Shown piece by piece: positions 1 to 6,553 of a DNA stretch of 60,773 bases. Position 1 is the first letter of the stretch, and each line of letters starts with the position of its first letter. The DNA comes from a virus. Lineage: Duplodnaviria > Caudoviricetes. Position numbers and translations under genes: made by a program. The notes under the pieces were generated by a model that was not told the DNA's origin, did no database searches, and was given only the letters and a program-made list of their open reading frames with translations. The DNA is taken from the IMG/VR virus record IMGVR_UViG_3300030107_004154, positions 1-60,773 of that record; one strand, 5' to 3'.

Positions 1-135
1 GTAAGAGCTTTATTCATTATTTCAGTGACTTGTTCTGGATCTAACTTCTCGGACAGGTTTGTAAACCCCCTGACGTCGGTGAACAGGAATGTACAAGTAC
101 GTTTCTCCCCTCCTAGCTTAAGTAAACTTGGGTCT
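1..135. repeat. Terminal direct repeat, left copy (identical to 60639..60773 except one base); circular-assembly overlap
   Basis: 1..135 matches 60639..60773; single mismatch G78 vs A60716, synonymous (ACC/ACT Thr) in the cyclase frame. Confidence 0.95.
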
Positions 136-1319
136 TTTTGTAGTCGTGCAACTTGTCCAGGGTCCAGGTAATGTTCGAACTGTTTTTTAATCTGTTGTCT
201 TAACTTGTATTGTTCCCCAAAGCGTAACCAGAATTCTTGTACAGATATAAGTATTAGTGATAATAGGCTATAACTTACGTCAATAAGAATATTTGAAGTA
301 ATAAGATACCAACCACCGACCGCGGTCAACGAACCAAGGCCCACGATCCCTACAATAGTGCCCGCTACGGGTAATGTACGAATTATAACTACGCCTAATA
401 GTAGAACACCAATAAGTATAACTAATTCATATAATATACTTGCTGCAGGAATTTGAGGTGAATCAAAAAATAAACTCTCAGCTAGAGAGGCTTGTACTTC
501 ATGCGGATACAATAAACCAACTGGCGTGGCTATTTGGGGCATCACCCCTTTTGCGCTCACTCCTACAAACACAAACTTATCACGTACATTCATCTCATCC
601 AGAGTAGTGCTCGGAGTATCAACCCAAGATACCCATTTTCTACCTAGCTCATCTGTCTCTATTTCTTTAAAGTTTGGTACTTTTATAGCGGCTATTTGAT
701 TTTGTTCTGTCCGAATAATATAAGTATCTGTAGCTGATAATATTTTTAGTACTTCCGTACCATAAGCTGGAACCCATCCTGTGTCCGTTTGCATAAGCAA
801 AGGAAGTCTTCTTACTAAATTATCTATATCAACCCTTGCTACAGCAATCCCTTCATTAGCTGCTTCACTTAATACATTCGTGTTACCAATCACCCCCGAT
901 GCCAGGATACCGTCCGCACCCTCTCCTAAAACAACTGTCCCAACTGTTGGTGGCATAATGCCACTATTACTTTCAAACATAGCCAGTACACTTGGCGTGC
1001 CCAGCAAAGCTGCACGAAACTCTTCATCTCCGCCAAATCTATCTTCTTGTGGAAAAGCTACAACCCAACCTACACCCATTGCTCCTGCATCCATAAGCTC
1101 GTTATGAATTCGTGCAAGGTCCTGGCGGGGGAAAGGCCACCCACCTGCTTCTGCCACATCTTCTTCTGTTATATCTAACGTTACAAAGTACCCAGTAGGA
1201 TCTGGTGTTTGTACGAGAGCATCAAATACTTTTAACTTAAGTACTTCTAGTGCCTGGAAATTAAATAATAAAGGTAAGCATAGTATTGGTATGCTAAGTA
1301 ACGACAGCCATTTCTTCAT
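1..1319 (-). CDS. CHASE2-domain membrane adenylate cyclase (class III), N-terminal part; continues across the junction into 60203..60638 (584 aa in total)
   Basis: Manual translation from ATG 1319 (ATGA overlap with upstream stop) is open: MKKWLSLL..., CHASE2 motifs GGWPFPRQDLA, DIDNLVRRLPL, KFVFVG, IATPVG; three TM helices; then FLFTDVRGFT. Absent from the ORF track because it crosses the contig end. Confidence 0.9.
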   Translation of the reverse strand, partial: MKKWLSLLSIPILCLPLLFNFQALEVLKLKVFDALVQTPDPTGYFVTLDITEEDVAEAGGWPFPRQDLARIHNELMDAGAMGVGWVVAFPQEDRFGGDEEFRAALLGTPSVLAMFESNSGIMPPTVGTVVLGEGADGILASGVIGNTNVLSEAANEGIAVARVDIDNLVRRLPLLMQTDTGWVPAYGTEVLKILSATDTYIIRTEQNQIAAIKVPNFKEIETDELGRKWVSWVDTPSTTLDEMNVRDKFVFVGVSAKGVMPQIATPVGLLYPHEVQASLAESLFFDSPQIPAASILYELVILIGVLLLGVVIIRTLPVAGTIVGIVGLGSLTAVGGWYLITSNILIDVSYSLLSLILISVQEFWLRFGEQYKLRQQIKKQFEHYLDPGQVARLQKDPSLLKLGGEKRTCTFLFTDVRGFTNLSEKLDPEQVTEIMNKAL

Positions 1320-2395
1320 CCTGATCCTTGTGTAATTGTAATAGTTGAGTTGCCCCCACCATTAACTAATATTTGTTGGTATTTACCATCCTGTATCAAG
1401 ATTATAGTGTACCCTTGTGAGGCGTCCACGGTCAATTGCGCGTTCTGCGTAACCTTTCTTTGGAAGGCAATCTGCTCCCCTTGTAGTATGGTAATAATTT
1501 GTGTTTCTAAGTCCTGTCCTATGCTCGTGCCTTGTACGAGAGTCCCGGTAGCCAGGTTGTCCGATGCTAATTGGTCAATCTCATCTATAATCGCAAGGAG
1601 GTCTTCGAAGAAGTTAACGTCTAAATAATTAATATCAAGCTCTGAAAACTCTAAAGCATCTTCTTCTAGGTAGTCTTTCTCTAGTTCATTAAATTCTAAA
1701 TAATCTATATCTAAAATTGCCCCGCTATCTGCTACGGACGTTGTGGATGAATCTGTGGATAACTCTTGTTCATCTGGTGGGCTTACTATAAGCATGTTAT
1801 CAATAACATCTAGTGTAAGGTCCAATATTACTGGGCTGGAGGGTGTGCTTTCCCAAACAGAAACAGTGGTAGCTTCGTATGGTTTATTGAGGATAACATT
1901 GCCGGCAGCTGTAGCCACAACGATTTCCCCACTAGATAAACCATTAGCGTCAGGTAATAAAATAATGAGAGAACGCCCCAACTCATCAACCGTACAGGTG
2001 AAATCTGTGCCTCGAATAGTAATATCGGCAGTAGGAGTGGAGAGTTTAATATTCTTTTTATCAATTTTTCCTAATTTACTACTTATAAACCTAGCTGTGC
2101 CATTAGCAAACCTAAGGGTCATCTTCCCTTTAGAGGGATTAGGGTCATAAATATATTCAGTTATAACGAGCTTTGAGTGCTCAGTTAGCCGTACAATAGA
2201 ATCGTCCAGGAAGGTTATAGCTACACGACCGGCTGTAGTTCGGACATCGTCCATTTGCCGGATATCAAAATCCAGCTCAGCCCCATAGGGTTGATCTCTT
2301 ATTACTTGTGCAGTTCCAGTTAGTTCAGATATATCCCCAATGTTAGCAACCGGTGCTTGTGCCGCCGTCATTTTGAATGACGCACACAGTACCAT
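1316..2395 (-). CDS. FecR-domain protein with acidic linker and curlin-like C-terminal strands (start uncertain: 2371, 2395 or further upstream)
   Basis: FecR motifs DDVRTTAGRVAITFLDDSIVRLTEHSKLVI and LSTPTADITIRGTDF; acidic LDIDYLEFNELEKDYLEED linker; C-end NGGGNSTITITQGSG. Confidence 0.85.
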   Translation of the reverse strand: MVLCASFKMTAAQAPVANIGDISELTGTAQVIRDQPYGAELDFDIRQMDDVRTTAGRVAITFLDDSIVRLTEHSKLVITEYIYDPNPSKGKMTLRFANGTARFISSKLGKIDKKNIKLSTPTADITIRGTDFTCTVDELGRSLIILLPDANGLSSGEIVVATAAGNVILNKPYEATTVSVWESTPSSPVILDLTLDVIDNMLIVSPPDEQELSTDSSTTSVADSGAILDIDYLEFNELEKDYLEEDALEFSELDINYLDVNFFEDLLAIIDEIDQLASDNLATGTLVQGTSIGQDLETQIITILQGEQIAFQRKVTQNAQLTVDASQGYTIILIQDGKYQQILVNGGGNSTITITQGSG

Positions 2396-3044
2396 TGTTG
2401 CCACTAGAGATAATCTTAAGCCAATCGCTCGCCAATGTAGATGACTGAGTAATATTAAAAGTCCTGCTATTACCTGTCTGATCGAGATAAAAATACCCAT
2501 CTGCATATCCGCTTCCATCAAATGTTATTGAGTTTGAATCTCCATCCACATCAACATAGCTAGTCCCTGTGTCATAGTTAATATCAAAATCAAACTCGTT
2601 GGAATCACCATTAATGATCCAATCTAAATCAAGTGTTGAAGCTAAAGCAGTTGTACCAATATTCAAATCAAAATCATTACTTGAACCTGTTACATCTACA
2701 TTGAAGTCGCCTGAATCCGCTCCGTAAGTATTATTTGGGTCAACTTGTATATCAAATATGTTGCTATCTCCATCAAACTCAAAGAATCCTGTAATGTTAT
2801 CACCTAAGATATCACCTAAGAATTGGTTTGAGCTACCTATTTGGTTTATATCTAAAATAAGATTTAAGCCATCTAGGTCAAGAGCCGTCATAGTACCTGC
2901 AACAGCATCTGTTCCACCAATAATGTTGGAAGAACCTAACTGCTCTAGGTCTATATTAGCGTTGTTTCCAGACTGATCTATATAGATCTCATTATCTGCA
3001 TACAAAAACCCAACTAACAAAAAGAGTGGTATTATTTTTTTCAT
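2343..3044 (-). CDS. Secreted curlin-like (CsgA/CsgB-like) acidic beta-solenoid protein
   Basis: Sec signal MKKIIPLFLLVGFLYA; NEIYIDQSGNNANIDLEQLGSSN and repeated GSSN/GDSN turns; two C-terminal Cys; located next to csgG/csgF. Confidence 0.7.
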   Translation of the reverse strand: MKKIIPLFLLVGFLYADNEIYIDQSGNNANIDLEQLGSSNIIGGTDAVAGTMTALDLDGLNLILDINQIGSSNQFLGDILGDNITGFFEFDGDSNIFDIQVDPNNTYGADSGDFNVDVTGSSNDFDLNIGTTALASTLDLDWIINGDSNEFDFDINYDTGTSYVDVDGDSNSITFDGSGYADGYFYLDQTGNSRTFNITQSSTLASDWLKIISSGNNGTVCVIQNDGGTSTGC

Positions 3045-3853
3045 TCGTAACTCCAATATCCAGCTTGTTCACCCTCCTTGATTATTTCTAATACGGCGGT
3101 TTCGATGGCTGAGCGTAAAGCGAGACCTCCGGACTCATTCCTCACTACTCCGCTTTCTATCTCTACAAGTTCTGTGCCTTGCTCGACAAAACGAAACACG
3201 TCATCTGTTAATGATACACTAAGAACTGTCTTAGTTACTAATTTTTCTACTAAAACTCGCCCAGAGGCTACAGAGATTAAACGTAGTTGAATGGTAAGAG
3301 TATCAGTTCGATATGCTTTAGACATACCAATCCCAAGATACCTAGCCCCCGCGCCACCACTGGTCTCGTTGGCTTCGTACGACACGACCGAACCTTCTAT
3401 TAAGAGGGAGGCAAAGAGAAGGGTCCCAAGGTCAGTATTATCATTGTTTACTTCTCTACCACTACGAATAATTTGGCGCTCTTTAGTCAGATTATCGAGG
3501 CCTATACGTTCTACTACAACAAAAAACCCCCCATTATCTTTGCATGCATCCTTGAGGGCTTTTAACACGTACGCGCTAGGTTGTTGTGTAACTGCGGTAG
3601 AGAAGCTTGCATACATAGAATTACTTAGCCTCTGGCCAGTTTGATCAGTAAAAGCCGTTCCGTACACGGCTACTGTAGGTTTCCTTACCGGTGCACGACA
3701 ACTGGCCAAATCAGTTATAACTAGTTCATCAACACTAGCTGATTCAATGTGTCGTATCGGAGCTATATTATTTTCTATCGGATCGAATAGAAGCGATGTA
3801 CAGCTAGAAAGTAAAAGAACCGATAGGAACTGTAATTTCCGTAACATTACCAT
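3041..3853 (-). CDS. csgG: Curli secretion channel CsgG-family outer-membrane lipoprotein
   Basis: Lipobox LLLSSC; motifs AVY..FTDQTGQR, FSTAVTQ, FVVVERIGLDNLTKERQIIRS, GGAGARYLGIG. Confidence 0.9.
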   Translation of the reverse strand: MVMLRKLQFLSVLLLSSCTSLLFDPIENNIAPIRHIESASVDELVITDLASCRAPVRKPTVAVYGTAFTDQTGQRLSNSMYASFSTAVTQQPSAYVLKALKDACKDNGGFFVVVERIGLDNLTKERQIIRSGREVNNDNTDLGTLLFASLLIEGSVVSYEANETSGGAGARYLGIGMSKAYRTDTLTIQLRLISVASGRVLVEKLVTKTVLSVSLTDDVFRFVEQGTELVEIESGVVRNESGGLALRSAIETAVLEIIKEGEQAGYWSYE

Positions 3854-4265
3854 CTGGGTCCGTTATTTTTAAAGTTATAGATAATCCATCTTCACTAACG
3901 GAATACTCAATGATGTTCCCCATCAATTCTATTATCCCACTAGTAGAAGGAGTATCTCCAAATAGAGCGTCTACTAGCTGTCTAGATAACTGTGCATAAA
4001 TCCTAGACTCAAGGTTACGAATAAACCTTGCTAGGGTAGTATTTTCAGCGTCCCGTTTTAGTTGTTCTTTATAGGCTTTCAGCTCAGCTTTAAGAGCTTC
4101 TTTCCTATTGAACTCTTGATTTTCAATAGTTAAATAGTGTGAAGAAGTTCCCACCCCACTAAAACTAGGGCTTTTGAACTTGTGCACCATTTCATCTGCA
4201 TTTACGTTAATGGCCACAACACTTAGGACCATTACTAAAAACATTATTCCTGTTATTTCTCTCAT
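3804..4265 (-). CDS. csgF: Curli assembly component CsgF-like
   Basis: Signal peptide then ADEMVHKFKSPSFSG (CsgF N-terminal F.NP.FGG-like motif); RFIRNLESRIYAQLS; adjacent to csgG. Confidence 0.8.
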   Translation of the reverse strand: MREITGIMFLVMVLSVVAINVNADEMVHKFKSPSFSGVGTSSHYLTIENQEFNRKEALKAELKAYKEQLKRDAENTTLARFIRNLESRIYAQLSRQLVDALFGDTPSTSGIIELMGNIIEYSVSEDGLSITLKITDPDGNVTEITVPIGSFTF

Positions 4266-4615
4266 TAGTCTTTCCTCTGGTCATCCCTATCTGCTTTAGC
4301 TATTTTATTGCTGTCAATCAGCTGGGGCACACCTAAAATAGTTTTAATTAACGTATCCTGTCTAATGATTTCATTATCCAAACTACGTATCCTATCTATT
4401 AATGCTACCAGTATACCATGCTGTGAATCAAGTTTTGTGCCCAGTCTTTCTTCTATCGCACTTATTTGTTGAGCTACTTTGTCATCTACAATATCAAGTT
4501 TAGTCTCCATGCCATCTACAATACGCATAATAAGCTTATAGATAAACCACCCTAAACCTAACGCAGCAGCTATAGGAAACCCAACTTGTTGGATTATAGT
4601 AACGATATCATTCAT
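4265..4615 (-). CDS. Single-TM protein (YvrJ-like N-terminus) with coiled coil
   Basis: IQQVGFPIAAALGLGWFIYKL hydrophobic helix; coupled by TAATG overlaps on both sides. Confidence 0.55.
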   Translation of the reverse strand: MNDIVTIIQQVGFPIAAALGLGWFIYKLIMRIVDGMETKLDIVDDKVAQQISAIEERLGTKLDSQHGILVALIDRIRSLDNEIIRQDTLIKTILGVPQLIDSNKIAKADRDDQRKD

Positions 4616-5088
4616 TACTTATCGTTAGAGTGTGAGGCCCCAAAATAAAAGGATATGACTGCGCTAGCAAGTCCGCCTAGATACCCTAGGACAAGATTGA
4701 TCAGGGCCTCACTGTTTTGCTCTGGTGGTTGAAGTGTAACTAAAAATATATAACCAAGAAAGCCACCCACCATAGCAATACCGATAATTCTTGCTGTCCA
4801 ATCCTTTGAAAAGGTTTTTCGTGCATCTTGTTTCTCCTGGGTCTCTAACTTGTACAAATCTACATCAAGCTCTTTCATCTTAGCCTCAAAGTCTTTTTCA
4901 GCTTTCTTTATTTCCATTAACTGCTCAGGTGTGGCAGTTGCAATAGCTTTTTCTAATGATGCAGGGTTGTTATCTACCCCTAAAATTTTTGATATGACAT
5001 CTCCTGCCATACCACCTAAAGGCCCGCCTAGAGCAGTACCTAATGTTGGAGCTACGCTCCCGATTATGTTACCCAGTAACTTCTTCAT
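4615..5088 (-). CDS. Putative holin (GTA 3TM-holin-like)
   Basis: VAPTLGTALGGPLGG N-terminus, QEKQDAR, two C-terminal TM helices ending ISFYFGAS. Confidence 0.65.
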   Translation of the reverse strand: MKKLLGNIIGSVAPTLGTALGGPLGGMAGDVISKILGVDNNPASLEKAIATATPEQLMEIKKAEKDFEAKMKELDVDLYKLETQEKQDARKTFSKDWTARIIGIAMVGGFLGYIFLVTLQPPEQNSEALINLVLGYLGGLASAVISFYFGASHSNDK

Positions 5089-5491
5089 ATTTTCCAAGCT
5101 TTAACAGCTCCTCCTTGTTTGCTAAATGTTGTGCTTCGATGTCATCTTTGCTTTGGCCTGTGTAGGCAACAGCTAAGTAATTATCGATCATTGCTTGGTT
5201 TAGGTCTACGCCATCTGCAACAATAACGCCTAAAACCCTACCGAACTTTCCTTTCTTGTCTAATTTGGTTTGTATAAGTAAATCATCTGCATGCAAAATT
5301 GCATCTGACAAATATTTTCCAGCTAGTTTACCTCTAGCTTTTTCATCTAAGTCTCTTGTTCGTGATTCTGGTGTGTCGATTCCGTATAGTCTGACACGGG
5401 ATTTATAAACTATATCAAAACCTAAGTCTATTTCAGCGTCTACTGTATCGCCATCTACAACCCTGGTTATGTTACATTTATACTCGTACAT
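5069..5491 (-). CDS. Thermonuclease (SNase-like)
   Basis: RVVDGDTV, RVRLYGIDTPES, GKFGRVLG motifs. Confidence 0.9.
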   Translation of the reverse strand: MYEYKCNITRVVDGDTVDAEIDLGFDIVYKSRVRLYGIDTPESRTRDLDEKARGKLAGKYLSDAILHADDLLIQTKLDKKGKFGRVLGVIVADGVDLNQAMIDNYLAVAYTGQSKDDIEAQHLANKEELLKLGKYEEVTG

Positions 5492-5748
5492 TATTTCTTC
5501 GCCTTTTTTGCTTTATACCATTTTGAACCCTTCGGTATTCTTTCTAGTTGCGCTCCAGGTTTTTTAGGTGGTTGTGATGGAGCCTTCGGATGTTGCGGCA
5601 TTTGCGCTCCAGGTTTTTCAGGTGGGCCTTTAGGTGCATACACTATAGTGTTTACTTTTTCTATGTTATTATCCTTATGCCCAACAGCGTCGTTCTTCTT
5701 TTCAGTTTTCTTTTTACTTGAAGTACTCATTTTATTGGTTAATTCCAT
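5491..5748 (-). CDS. Small Lys/Pro-rich protein with an internal duplication
   Basis: PPEKPGAQ / PPKKPGAQ repeat; overlaps both neighbours. Confidence 0.5.
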   Translation of the reverse strand: MELTNKMSTSSKKKTEKKNDAVGHKDNNIEKVNTIVYAPKGPPEKPGAQMPQHPKAPSQPPKKPGAQLERIPKGSKWYKAKKAKK

Positions 5749-5956
5749 GCTTACGTTTATTTCGGGATTTCGCCGTAGTTAGCCATGGGGAAGCCTTCTT
5801 GCCAGGTTTTTTTCGAATGGAGCCTGTACTACCTGATTTTACACCAGCAGCTAGCAGCGCCTTAGCACCCGCTTTTCCTGCTTTTCTATATACTTTTGAA
5901 GATTTGCCTTTTGCACCTCCAGTTTTCTTTTTAGTATTTTTAAGAATTTTACTCAT
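5732..5956 (-). CDS. Small very basic protein
   Basis: 74 aa, K/G/A-rich; ATGA overlap with upstream ORF. Confidence 0.55.
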   Translation of the reverse strand: MSKILKNTKKKTGGAKGKSSKVYRKAGKAGAKALLAAGVKSGSTGSIRKKPGKKASPWLTTAKSRNKRKHGINQ

Positions 5957-6123
5957 AAGTTAATTCCTTTAGCTTTCTTTTTTGCTACCCTAGCGCCATG
6001 CCCTAACATCATCATACGTTTAAGGTATGTTGCCTTCGCAACACCGTGGTGTTTCTCAAACTTGTTTATAGAAGCCTCTTGCCTCTTACTTAGTTTTGCT
6101 TTTGGCGGTCTTTTTCTTGCCAT
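5953..6123 (-). CDS. Small basic protein (56 aa, not in ORF track)
   Basis: Manual translation MARKRPPKAKLSKRQEASINKFEKHHGVAKATYLKRMMMLGHGARVAKKKAKGINL; its TGA overlaps the next ATG; AAGGTG upstream. Confidence 0.6.
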   Translation of the reverse strand: MARKRPPKAKLSKRQEASINKFEKHHGVAKATYLKRMMMLGHGARVAKKKAKGINL

Positions 6124-6181
6124 ATTCACCTTTTAGTATTGCTTTCGCATCAGCCCATGGGCTTAGTTTTTTAGTTTTCAT
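6086..6181 (-). CDS. Possible 31-aa basic peptide
   Basis: MKTKKLSPWADAKAILKGEYGKKKTAKSKTK; same composition as neighbours. Confidence 0.35.
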   Translation of the reverse strand: MKTKKLSPWADAKAILKGEYGKKKTAKSKTK

Positions 6182-6208
6182 GTTATAAATATACCATTAA
6201 TGTTTAAT

Positions 6209-6553
6209 TTATGCATCTGCTTCTGTAGTGCCATATATCTTACAGGTAAGTTGCATATTTAAAGCTGCCCGCATTTCAGCACTATTATCTACTAGGTTTT
6301 TAACCCACCCTTCCATATCAGCAGGAGTAACGTCTCTAAAGCTAGTCCAATTAGCATCTGATTTTGTTGCTAGTCTGTCAGTAGGGCTCCAATAAAAATA
6401 CTCAGTTACAGTAAGCGACTTAGAGTTATCTGCTTGGTCCACCCCTGTTATATTAACTACAACTTCACTAATAACTTGATCTGTATAGTTATTAAAAGGT
6501 GCCCCCTGCATAGAAACAAACTCATAGGTTAAATTAAAAGTATGTACAGCCAT
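6209..6553 (-). CDS. Small tail-fibre-associated protein (hypothetical)
   Basis: Coupled by TAATG to the upstream tail gene; SFRDVTPADMEGWV resembles small phage tail-associated proteins. Confidence 0.5.
   Translation of the reverse strand: MAVHTFNLTYEFVSMQGAPFNNYTDQVISEVVVNITGVDQADNSKSLTVTEYFYWSPTDRLATKSDANWTSFRDVTPADMEGWVKNLVDNSAEMRAALNMQLTCKIYGTTEADA

Noticed and set aside
2396-2521. Extended N-terminus of the FecR ORF (start 2521)
   Set aside because: It would overlap the curlin-like gene by 179 nt and put ~40 atypical residues before the signal-like segment; a downstream start is more plausible
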